DNA of 64,000 bases from a virus. Its lineage: Duplodnaviria; Caudoviricetes. Location: positions 160,001 through 224,000 of IMG/VR virus record IMGVR_UViG_3300021431_000075; one strand, written 5' to 3'. Within the stretch, counting starts at the first letter, position 1. Each line of letters begins with the position of its first letter. Shown here piece by piece: positions 38,165-46,691 of the stretch. Under the pieces are notes generated by a model. The model made no database searches. It was not told where the DNA came from and worked only from the letters and a program-made list of their open reading frames with translations. A program made the translations under genes and the position numbers.

Positions 38165-38250
38165 AAAAAAATCTGGCTCGCTATCACAGCGAACCAGAAA
38201 CAAAAGTACTTTTTAAATTCAAATCAACATTATTAATTAAATAATCAAAA
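38165..38250 (-). ncRNA. Candidate sRNA unit 3
   Basis: TTG-N20-TATATTTG (38286-38256); UCUGGUUCGCU-GUGAU-AGCGAGCCAGA plus U-tract. Confidence 0.7.
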
Positions 38251-38310
38251 CTTTGCAAATATAGCGATTTTGATTTTTCTGTGCAAGAAAATAATACATT
38301 TTTATGAATT

Positions 38311-38389
38311 AAAAAAACCGGCGCGCTGTCACAGCGAACCGGCTAAAAACATAAAACCTAAGAGTAATGATAGTATGTTTGCCTTTCAA
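38311..38389 (-). ncRNA. Candidate sRNA unit 4
   Basis: TTG-N20-TATATTTG (38425-38395); CCGGUUCGCU-GUGAC-AGCGCGCCGG plus U7. Confidence 0.7.
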
Positions 38390-38444
38390 CTCTGCAAATA
38401 TATAGACTTTTTTCGAAACTGACAAGAAAAAACAAAAAAATTTC

Positions 38445-38510
38445 AAAAAAAAAAAATGTCCGCGCGCTGTCACAGCGAACGGACACAACCAAATATGTAT
38501 TGTAATCGTT
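38445..38510 (-). ncRNA. Candidate sRNA unit 5
   Basis: UGUCCGUUCGCU-GUGAC-AGCGCGCGGACA plus long U-tract; no sigma-A box, TTAAATA upstream. Confidence 0.6.
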
Positions 38511-38614
38511 CACATATTTAATAGAAATATCCATCAAAAATATGCAAATAATTTTAAACTATTGTAGTAAAAATCAGTAACATTAATGGTTAAAACTTTT
38601 TAAACATAAATGTT

Positions 38615-39205
38615 ATGGATTACTACATAAAGTTATCAGACTATGCGAAGCGTTTCGGAGTGACATACCGGACTGCATGGAACCGCTACAAGCGCGGACA
38701 GTTTCCAGATGCTATAATAGACGAGACGAATCACATTTGCATACCAATCAAGCATTTTGTAAGCGATGAAAACATCTCTGTTGCAGTGTATGCACGCGTA
38801 TCTTCGTCAGAGAATAAGAGTAATCTTGACAGCCAAGCAGAACGTCTTGTGAACTATTGCATGGCTCGCGGCTACAAGGTTTCAAAGGTCGTAAAGGAAG
38901 TCGGTTCGGGGTTGAACGACGAGCGACCGAAGCTTGACAGTTTATTGAAGGACAGAAGCATAAAAATCATAGTCGTTGAACACAAGGACCGCTTCTCAAG
39001 ATTCGGTCTCAATTACATACAGACTCTGTTGAGCATGGATGACAGGAAGATAGAGATAGTTAACGAGTCTGGCGATGACAAGGAAGACTTGATGCAGGAC
39101 TTTGTCTCTATAGTGACTTCATTTTGTGCAAGGCTCTATGGGTTGCGTAGGAATAGAAGAAGGACAGAGAAGTTGATTCAGGAACTTCAGAATGAAGATA
39201 AATAA
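38615..39205 (+). CDS. tnpA: IS607 TnpA serine transposase
   Basis: MerR-like HTH, VYARVSS, EVGSGLN, VEHKDRFSRFG, SFCARLYG. Confidence 0.95.
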   Translation: MDYYIKLSDYAKRFGVTYRTAWNRYKRGQFPDAIIDETNHICIPIKHFVSDENISVAVYARVSSSENKSNLDSQAERLVNYCMARGYKVSKVVKEVGSGLNDERPKLDSLLKDRSIKIIVVEHKDRFSRFGLNYIQTLLSMDDRKIEIVNESGDDKEDLMQDFVSIVTSFCARLYGLRRNRRRTEKLIQELQNEDK

Positions 39206-39279
39206 TAATAGAATAATATAGAAATCTTTATCGAAGATAAATAATATAGAACAATATAGAAATCTTCATATAAAATATA

Positions 39280-40977
39280 GTGTCTGAACATAAGCATCAT
39301 AGAAGAAAAGTAGAAAAGAAGTCACAAAGAAAGATTTCTTCAAGTTCTTCTGTCTCTAATTCAAAGAATAAGAAGAAAAGACAGCCAAAGAAGCAGACTT
39401 TTGATGCTATGGGAATAATGCTTCGGATTTATCCGAACAGCAAGACACAGGAAGACTATATACTTCGTTCTTGTGGATGCGCTCGTCTTGTCTACAACAA
39501 GATAGTTGCGGACTATGAGTTGAAGAAAGAGCAAAGCTTAAGAGAATGGAAGAACAGTGAAACAGAGCATAAGTATCCGAAATACGGTTCGAAAGAAGGA
39601 AATGCTGTTTTGAACATGCTTAAAACCAATGAAGATTACTCGTTTCTTAAGGATGTCCATTCGAAGATGCTTCAGCAGGCAGTCTTGAATTTCTCGACCG
39701 CATTGTCAAACCATATAAGGTTCCCAGAGGATTTTGACGAGCCTGTGTTCAAGAAGAAAAGTAGACACAATGATTCGTTCCGCATTCCTATAGATGCGAT
39801 TCCCGGAAGCAATGGCAAGAAAGGAATACAATGTGTATATGGAAACAGAATATCGATTTGCTCTGAACTGACGGACGTTCTGTTTAAGTGCTCAAGACGT
39901 GACGAGAAGTATCTGAACAAGAACCAGAAGAAGATACGAAGCATAACAGTTTCTGTTGCTCCGGACGGGAAGATGTATGCTTCTGTTCTTATCGTTCCGC
40001 GCAATATAGACGTTGAAGATTGCGATATGATATGCGGTCTTGACTTGGGGCTTAAGGAGCATACGATTGAGCATCATCAGAAGATGTTCATTGATGATGA
40101 CGGCTTTGTTTCTCTTGCAGATAGTAATGTTGAGTATGTTCATATGCCGAACTTGAACAACTACAAGGATGAGAACGAAAAAGAACGAATGTTCAACAAG
40201 AACGGCGTTACAAGGCTTGAGCACTACAATAAGAAGTATATACACTGGCAGAAAGTTCTTTCAAGGACAGAGTATAATGCAAATACAAGAACTACATCAA
40301 GAAATAAAGACAACGATAAGAAACGAAACTATGACAGGGATAGTTTTCTAAACAAGAGAAGACTGAAGAATCTTGCACAATACAAGTTGAAGAGGGCAAC
40401 AACCAAGCCGTTCGGCAAGAAGCGCAAGAAGAATACATCCAAGCAAAATACAAATGTTGTATCTGAATGCAACAGACCCGTATGGCAGTACTCATCAAAC
40501 CGCCACGAGCGAATAAGGAAGCGCGCGGCGAAGTGGTCTGCGAAGATAGCGAACAAGAGAAGCGACTACAACCATAAGATTACGACAAGGCTTGTCAGAG
40601 AGAACAAGATGATAGTAACTGAGAACTTGAACGTGAGCGGTATGGTAAAGAACGGGAATCTGTCTAAAGCAATAATGAATGCTGGATGGAGCCAGTTCAC
40701 TCAGTTCTTGTCATACAAGGCTGAACGGTACGGAAGAATATACTACAAGATTGGAACATTCGCTGCATCTTCAAAGACCTGTCCGGTATGCGGGCACAAG
40801 TACAAGGAACTTACGCTTGCAGAGCGTGTGTGGACTTGCAAGAACTGCGGTGCTGTCATAAACAGGGATGAGGGTGCAAGTGACAACATAGTTTCGTTCG
40901 GAATAGAAGGATACAACGAGAAGCATCGAGCAGAACTTGACGAGCTTCGAATGAAAGACAGAGAACCAGAACTCTAA
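39280..40977 (+). CDS. tnpB: IS607 TnpB, enlarged (565 aa)
   Basis: RIYPN..CGCARLVYN HTH, GLDLGLK, TENLNV, SSKTCPVC..CKNC, NRDEGASDNI. Confidence 0.9.
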   Translation: MSEHKHHRRKVEKKSQRKISSSSSVSNSKNKKKRQPKKQTFDAMGIMLRIYPNSKTQEDYILRSCGCARLVYNKIVADYELKKEQSLREWKNSETEHKYPKYGSKEGNAVLNMLKTNEDYSFLKDVHSKMLQQAVLNFSTALSNHIRFPEDFDEPVFKKKSRHNDSFRIPIDAIPGSNGKKGIQCVYGNRISICSELTDVLFKCSRRDEKYLNKNQKKIRSITVSVAPDGKMYASVLIVPRNIDVEDCDMICGLDLGLKEHTIEHHQKMFIDDDGFVSLADSNVEYVHMPNLNNYKDENEKERMFNKNGVTRLEHYNKKYIHWQKVLSRTEYNANTRTTSRNKDNDKKRNYDRDSFLNKRRLKNLAQYKLKRATTKPFGKKRKKNTSKQNTNVVSECNRPVWQYSSNRHERIRKRAAKWSAKIANKRSDYNHKITTRLVRENKMIVTENLNVSGMVKNGNLSKAIMNAGWSQFTQFLSYKAERYGRIYYKIGTFAASSKTCPVCGHKYKELTLAERVWTCKNCGAVINRDEGASDNIVSFGIEGYNEKHRAELDELRMKDREPEL

Positions 40978-41130
40978 AAACTGGCTGCCCTTGAGTTCAG
41001 GGAGACGGGACGTGGAGATGACCTATAGGAAAACGCATTCTTTGAATGGACATGTGAGTACCAAGTCACCGATGAATCGTCAAAAGAAAGTAAACATACG
41101 GGATTCTATGAATTTCTATGTTCTACAGAA
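40978..41130 (+). ncRNA. Putative TnpB omegaRNA / right end
   Basis: ccctTGAGTTCAggg hairpin, cgtggag and gatgaatcgtcaa motifs directly after tnpB. Confidence 0.55.
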
Positions 41131-41165
41131 CTATAGAACACAAAAATTGAAAATTCCCAAATCAA

Positions 41166-41466
41166 TCAATCAGTAATCTCAAGATATCTTCTCACATCAT
41201 CCTTCTTGTAATGGCTCATGATGTAGCCATCTATCTTGTCATACAACTCTGAATAAAGAGCCGAGAACTTATTGCCATTCTTGATTACAGATGACCATGC
41301 TGGCAGAGAAGCACAGCACCGCCAAGATAAGGACTTTGATAAAATGAGGATTATCGGAGCAAAGCCCACTCGAAGCGGTGCTGAACAGTGGGAAACTGAG
41401 CGAATACATACCTACATGAAGAATCATAGAGGTAAACCCACACATTATTGTGCTGGAACACAATAA
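41166..41466. pseudogene. Two fused gene fragments on opposite strands
   Basis: Minus-strand C-terminal fragment (..SELYDKIDGYIM..LEITD*) abuts a plus-strand ITDD..REAQHRQ..WETERI fragment. Confidence 0.45.
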
Positions 41467-41554
41467 TGACTCTTACCAAGCGACTGGCGTTTTAGGCTCT
41501 GCAGCAGTTGCTTTTCTTAAATAACGATGAAAAGATTTTTATAATTAACTTTGA

Positions 41555-42646
41555 CTATTCAGACTCTCTCATCAAGTCGTGCAACCCGGGGATTTCATCG
41601 ACAACAAGCTTGTCAAGAAGCTCCATCTCGCATCCGGACTGCATAATATGCTTGTCATAAGCATCGATTTCTTCATGCTTCATCAGACGTGTCAGATACT
41701 TGTGGAACGGAAGCGGCATACCTTTGTATATACCTTCACGGTCGATGCTCTTATGATAGAACTCTCCCAACTTGTGCTTGGAATTGTCAGAAAACCTGAC
41801 AGCGCTGAACTCATATCCCTGCAGTACGAACCACTCTACCTTAAGATCAAGCGCCGTCTCGAACATTCCGTCATTGCAGATATCAAGAATCTTTCCATAC
41901 AAAGAGTCATCACCATCAAAGTAATACACAATCTCATCCGAGTTGAATGCCGCCATCTTCAAATCATTCGGACAACAAAGCATATGATCGATATACTCAG
42001 CAAGCGACTTCATCAGGTTCTTCTCTACAGATATGGTCCTTGCTGGATTCAGCTTACCGAAGATGACCTGACGGCTGTACTTCGACTCTGAAATGTAATC
42101 GAGCATGAAGCCGGAACAGAACTGTGCCAAAAAATCCCGGTATGTTTTCTGCTTGATAACCCCACACTTGCACAAAGTCTGGAAGTTCGCGTTCCTCATG
42201 TCAATGGAAATGAAACGCTTTCCGACATTCTGCATATTATAGATTCCCTTGCTTCCACAAACAGGCTTCACGACATAGTTTGTCTGGAACGGCAACACCT
42301 TCAAATTGTTAAACTCCTTGTACGCATCGGACTGCTCTACTGAGCGAATAACGCTATCCCGCGTCTCATAGTACTCCTGAAGAAACTTGGAAGCCTTCTC
42401 CGCAAAGTCTTGACCTTCATAGAGCCTGTTGATGTTGCACACGAGATTGCACCATTTCGTCTGTGCTCCGTACGTGTCTTCATACAACGACAAAGAATGG
42501 CGAAAATTCGCCTCGTCGCATCCGTCAATCGGAATCTTGTAGTCGCTTGCGAACCTTGCCGCAAGATTGAAATCATAAAACATATACCAGTTGTCGGAAT
42601 AGTTACTCACCTTGGTGATATCTATCAAATCACTATTTTTGCTCAT
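41555..42646 (-). CDS. Uncharacterised protein with DNA-polymerase-palm-like motifs
   Basis: FISIDMRNANF, SKYSRQVIFG, FNSDEIV, YKG in polymerase order. Confidence 0.5.
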   Translation of the reverse strand: MSKNSDLIDITKVSNYSDNWYMFYDFNLAARFASDYKIPIDGCDEANFRHSLSLYEDTYGAQTKWCNLVCNINRLYEGQDFAEKASKFLQEYYETRDSVIRSVEQSDAYKEFNNLKVLPFQTNYVVKPVCGSKGIYNMQNVGKRFISIDMRNANFQTLCKCGVIKQKTYRDFLAQFCSGFMLDYISESKYSRQVIFGKLNPARTISVEKNLMKSLAEYIDHMLCCPNDLKMAAFNSDEIVYYFDGDDSLYGKILDICNDGMFETALDLKVEWFVLQGYEFSAVRFSDNSKHKLGEFYHKSIDREGIYKGMPLPFHKYLTRLMKHEEIDAYDKHIMQSGCEMELLDKLVVDEIPGLHDLMRESE

Positions 42647-42727
42647 ACTAATAATAGTTTAAATTGTTTAATTTCCACTCAAAGCCATTATCATTTTTTA
42701 AAACAGAGTCGAAAACACTCATACCGT

Positions 42728-42985
42728 TTAGCCAATGCTTTTTTCATGTTTCAATAATTTCTCAAACTCCTGTAGAGATGTTTCTATTTGTTCAAGATTA
42801 TAGTTTAACTCTTCATTTTCCGGACAATCTACAAGAACGCCATACAGCACAGTCGCAATATAATTGAATATCTCTATAAGAGTTCCATTATGCACATAAG
42901 GAATGTATGGCTGAAAATCAGCAACCAATTGTCGCAATCTGTCCAAATTTTTTCTTTGTCTTTTAGTCATAATTCTTTTAGTCAT
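42728..42985 (-). CDS. Hypothetical protein
   Basis: Start reassigned; 15 bp tandem duplication at the start. Confidence 0.55.
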   Translation of the reverse strand: MTKRIMTKRQRKNLDRLRQLVADFQPYIPYVHNGTLIEIFNYIATVLYGVLVDCPENEELNYNLEQIETSLQEFEKLLKHEKSIG

Positions 42986-43026
42986 AATTAATTCATTACC
43001 CGTATCATCTATCTCGGAAAACAAGT

Positions 43027-43818
43027 TCACGGCTTCTCCACAGTGAACCTCTCGATGTAGAATGCATCTTCCTTCCGATTGTACGAAATGGTTGCCAGAA
43101 TCGTCTTGTACTTGACTCTCTTTGCCTTGCCGTTCACGCATGGCATATAGTATGTCCAGCCGTCATAGTATCTCTCCACGACTTCTCTGAAGAAGAAACG
43201 AACATTGTCCGTGTTCAAGTATCCTTCTTCTTTCGGATTGCTGACAAACACACAACCATCCTCGTCCGGATTGCGCTCGATGTACAGACGAACCTGCTCT
43301 CCGCTATTTGCGGCAGAGATAATACGCTCCTTTGCATCCTTTGCTTCTGCCATCTTCTTCTGTGCTTCAGGAGAGTAAACAAGCCCACCATCTACAAGAT
43401 AGCCCCTGCTACGGAGCACGTCTGCGACATACTCACGATGTTCTTCACTAACGCACCCGTAATACCACTCCAGATAATCTGTGTCCGTGCAAGCTTCGAT
43501 TGCACCGCCCTTGTACTTTCCGAAACGGAACGTATCCACATTATCCCATACATACTCGTAGTGTGTCCATGAGCGGGTCTTTCCGCGCAGGCTCTCGTCA
43601 ACCTTGCATCCGGGGTACTTGCTCATCGCAGTCTCCTTTGAGGTGGATATCTTTCCGTGATACGTGTACTCTGTGATATGAAGCGTCTGACCGCCGCCGG
43701 CATCAACAACCTTCTTGTTCTCTGACCACAATGTGTAGAACTTGGTCGCGAAACCGATGACATATCCAGTAGTATCGGTATTCTCGTTTGTTTCTTTTGC
43801 TGCAATAGATGTGTTCAT
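43027..43818 (-). CDS. Hypothetical phage protein with FGKYKG motif
   Basis: TFRFGKYKG..DYLEW; sigma-A promoter at about 43852-43882. Confidence 0.75.
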   Translation of the reverse strand: MNTSIAAKETNENTDTTGYVIGFATKFYTLWSENKKVVDAGGGQTLHITEYTYHGKISTSKETAMSKYPGCKVDESLRGKTRSWTHYEYVWDNVDTFRFGKYKGGAIEACTDTDYLEWYYGCVSEEHREYVADVLRSRGYLVDGGLVYSPEAQKKMAEAKDAKERIISAANSGEQVRLYIERNPDEDGCVFVSNPKEEGYLNTDNVRFFFREVVERYYDGWTYYMPCVNGKAKRVKYKTILATISYNRKEDAFYIERFTVEKP

Positions 43819-43970
43819 GACTTATATTTGGCTTTGTTGTTAAACGGTATGCAAATATAATTATTAGCTCAACTCCATGCAAGAAAAATCCTGAAAAACT
43901 TTCTTCAACAAGTGATTTTTAACTCTCATTAACAAACTGATGACATATATGTTGCAAAACAACAACCACA

Positions 43971-44014
43971 AAAAACAAAACAGACCATAGAACCAAAACG
44001 GCATCTATGGTCTG
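43971..44014 (-). terminator. Intrinsic terminator
   Basis: cagaccataga...tctatggtctg stem with U-rich tail on the minus strand. Confidence 0.6.
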
Positions 44015-44069
44015 AACAAAATAATAATTATTGAAACAACAGCTAAAATCTGTACATTTTAATCAAGTT

Positions 44070-44207
44070 CTAATAGAACTGCGCGACGTATTTCTTGTAA
44101 TCATCGTCTATAATCATTCTCACATATCCTTCATCCGCATTCAACATTTCCGCAATCTCTTGGACAGAGGTTCCGCAACGCCATAGCATTAAAATCTGAT
44201 CATCCAT
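44070..44207 (-). CDS. Small HTH-like protein (45 aa)
   Basis: GTSVQEIAEMLNADEGYVRMII. Confidence 0.55.
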   Translation of the reverse strand: MDDQILMLWRCGTSVQEIAEMLNADEGYVRMIIDDDYKKYVAQFY

Positions 44208-44279
44208 TTGTTCTATATATTTAAGAGTTAAAAACAATACAATGTCTATATATTGTACTACTACATCACAAAATAGTTT

Positions 44280-44353
44280 AAAAAAACTGCGGATGCTATC
44301 ACAGCACCCGCAGCCCAACATACTTTTAAAATTATAATGAAAAAATCAAATGT
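44280..44353 (-). ncRNA. Candidate sRNA unit 6
   Basis: TTG-N20-TATCTTTG (44389-44359); CUGCGGGUGCU-GUGAU-AGCAUCCGCAG plus U7. Confidence 0.7.
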
Positions 44354-44399
44354 TGCTGCAAAGATATGAACTTTTTTTCATCCGTGCAAGAATTTATAT

Positions 44400-44485
44400 A
44401 AAAAAAAAAAGCGATCGTTATCACAACGACCGCTCACGAAAATCAAATTGCATAATCACTTAATAAATGCTACAAAAGCTTTACT
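44400..44485 (-). ncRNA. Candidate sRNA unit 7
   Basis: TTG-N20-TATCTTTG (44521-44491); AGCGGUCGUU-GUGAU-AACGAUCGCU plus long U-tract. Confidence 0.7.
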
Positions 44486-44553
44486 CGCCGCAAAGATATG
44501 AACTTTTCACAAAATATGCAAGAGTTTGCTTCATTTTTTTCCAAACAATCAAC

Positions 44554-44618
44554 AAAAAAGCCGCTACTTATCACAAGCAACGACTCTCCCTTTTTTAACA
44601 ATTAACAAAATTATAACA
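44554..44618 (-). ncRNA. Candidate sRNA unit 8
   Basis: AGUCGUUGCUU-GUGAU-AAGUAGCGGCU plus U-tract; TATAAAT upstream (44630-44624). Confidence 0.6.
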
Positions 44619-44648
44619 CCACGATTTATAGCAAAAAAGTTTTCATCA

Positions 44649-45401
44649 TCACAATAAAGTGTTCAACCTGTTGCTCATAATGTCGAAGAACTTCTCATCC
44701 AGTTCTATACCGATGAACTTCATTCCACAGTTAAGAGCAGCAACTCCAGTACTTCCGCTACCGGCAGTGAAGTCAAGAACGGTCCCTCCGACCGGACAAT
44801 AAGACTTACACAGGAACTCCATCAGCTCTATCGGCTTCTGTGTAGGATGCAGCTGGTCCTGTCTTCTCCACTTCTGAGGAAAGTCAAGCACGCTGTCAGG
44901 ATGCCTCGTCCCCTTGTTGTCAGTCTCAACACCTCGGATTCCGTAGTTCATATTGTTGGTCTTGTTCGGAGTGTACGCACGCTTGTAGGGTTCACCATCT
45001 CTCATCTGCGGACAATAATACGCCGCCGAGTTTCCGAACACAAGAATGTTCTCATGCTTCTTCATCGGCATGTACTTTGCCGTGAACGGGGAACCGCACT
45101 TGCTTTTCTTCCATATGAGCTCGTATCTGTACTTCTTCTCGTTGCTCAAAGCAAGTTTGTGCGTGAAAATGCCGCCGGAAAACAGGACTATGTTCCCGTT
45201 ATCGACAACAAGAGAGTCAAGACACTTCCACATGTCAGTGAAGTCTATGATGCTCTTGTCGAACTCCGAAGAAAAGATTCCATAAGGCGGATCGCATATG
45301 ACAGCATCGACCTTGACTCCCTGCTCGATAAGAATTTTCATCTCCTCGATACAGTCTCCGTTTATAATCGTATATCTCGGATCCTCTATCTTCTGTCTCA
45401 T
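44649..45401 (-). CDS. Site-specific DNA methyltransferase (N6A/N4C, beta class)
   Basis: GDC, ICDPPY, HENILVF, HPTQKP, VLDFTAGSGST, GIELD. Confidence 0.92.
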   Translation of the reverse strand: MRQKIEDPRYTIINGDCIEEMKILIEQGVKVDAVICDPPYGIFSSEFDKSIIDFTDMWKCLDSLVVDNGNIVLFSGGIFTHKLALSNEKKYRYELIWKKSKCGSPFTAKYMPMKKHENILVFGNSAAYYCPQMRDGEPYKRAYTPNKTNNMNYGIRGVETDNKGTRHPDSVLDFPQKWRRQDQLHPTQKPIELMEFLCKSYCPVGGTVLDFTAGSGSTGVAALNCGMKFIGIELDEKFFDIMSNRLNTLL

Positions 45402-46279
45402 TTGCATTTTCGATTTGTTTTTCCTTTTTTGTGCCACCGGTTCATCATCTTGCATTCCTTTGTTTCATCGCCGCTGTTTTTTTGATTCTCTTTCAAATCT
45501 TCCATATCGCTTGTCCATCTATTCTTGTCGATAGTGCTCGACAAGACACCAAGAACAAAAAGCCACATATTAATGAATTTTCTAAAACACATAATCGCGC
45601 TTATATCATTCCTGAACCACAACGGACTAATGAAAGCCTGCCCACTATAAAAGAAACCCAAATTCTGTTGCGTAATCGCGCTGACGAACACATACTGCGG
45701 ATACAAGCCGTCTGACGACTTGGTCTTATGCATGCCAAGCGACGAGCAACTCATCAGAACAACCGGACCCTTGATTATTGACAAACTCTCGACAATCAAT
45801 TCCGGACTCTTCGCAAGCATTCCTGCATACAGATACCAGTTGCGCACATCTTGAGGATTGTCTGTCACCCCCTTCTCAACCGCACGGCTATCCCATGTAT
45901 TGTTATACAAATTGCAAATCATCTCAAGTCGCGCAAAACACTTGGCTGTATATGACCGGATTCTTTCGCAGTGCAAAGCATACTCGGAAGTTCTGGTCAA
46001 CATATCGACAGAGCTATCATCCGGCGTCATGGTGTCAGAACCGAAACTCCCTTGAAATATGCTGCAAGTGCAAAACTTAACACTGAACTCAGCCAAAATT
46101 GTCGATTCCACGCATTCATAGTCCTCAGGCTTCGCACGCTTCAGTTCAGCAGAGGTATCGACATCAACCATGAATATGCCTGTAGAACCGCAGTTCCGGA
46201 AAACGAACCTGTGCTTCGACATCATGGACAAAAAGTACTCACACTGTCCTGTATTCTTAACCGATATTGCGACTCTCAT
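45398..46279 (-). CDS. Hypothetical protein
   Basis: 293 aa, ATGA-coupled to the MTase. Confidence 0.65.
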   Translation of the reverse strand: MRVAISVKNTGQCEYFLSMMSKHRFVFRNCGSTGIFMVDVDTSAELKRAKPEDYECVESTILAEFSVKFCTCSIFQGSFGSDTMTPDDSSVDMLTRTSEYALHCERIRSYTAKCFARLEMICNLYNNTWDSRAVEKGVTDNPQDVRNWYLYAGMLAKSPELIVESLSIIKGPVVLMSCSSLGMHKTKSSDGLYPQYVFVSAITQQNLGFFYSGQAFISPLWFRNDISAIMCFRKFINMWLFVLGVLSSTIDKNRWTSDMEDLKENQKNSGDETKECKMMNRWHKKGKTNRKCK

Positions 46280-46383
46280 GTTGTAGAAAATAACAAAGAT
46301 TGCAGTTTGGTTCTCGTGAACCGACCAAAATCTTTGGCAAATTTATGATGTTTTCTCGAATTAAGCAAGAAAAATATAAAAAA

Positions 46384-46491
46384 TTATACAGTTGGTGCAA
46401 ATATTGCCCAAACTATAAGTGCTACTATCCAAATACCGATAGAAATGCATTCCCAGTACTTTTCAGTAAAATAACTATACGAACTTTTCAT
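46384..46491 (-). pseudogene. Short/truncated paralog of 46488..46691
   Basis: MKSSYSYFTEKYWECISIGIWIVALIVWAIFAPTV* versus MISSRKYFYERY..IVALMV. Confidence 0.5.
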
Positions 46492-46691
46492 GTAAATTTG
46501 TAAAGTACGATGAATAAATATACTGCAAACGTAATAAGGAATAGCGTTACATACGACACTATTAATAAATCATCTCCAGTATCTATCACTTTAACGAGAA
46601 ATGCGAAAAATACCATAAGTGCTACTATTGCAATTACAAATGCAATTGCACCCTTATATCTCTCATAAAAATACTTTCTACTGCTTATCAT
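46488..46691 (-). CDS. Small two-TM protein
   Basis: 67 aa, two hydrophobic segments. Confidence 0.65.
   Translation of the reverse strand: MISSRKYFYERYKGAIAFVIAIVALMVFFAFLVKVIDTGDDLLIVSYVTLFLITFAVYLFIVLYKFT

Larger units (their letters stand above)
38540..41130 (+). mobile_element. IS607-family element (ends approximate)
   Basis: Serine transposase plus tnpB; structured 3' region with short ttctatg direct repeats. Confidence 0.8.

Noticed and set aside
37997-38236. 79 aa plus-strand ORF and tiny ORFs such as MKNTLQS and MKKSNVAAKI in the arrays
   Set aside because: They run antisense through promoters and hairpins and have no plus-strand promoter; translation is not formally excluded.
37898-38490. 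CRISPR array
   Set aside because: The repeats covary instead of being identical, the intervals exceed 100 bp and contain promoters and U-tracts, and there are no cas genes in the window.
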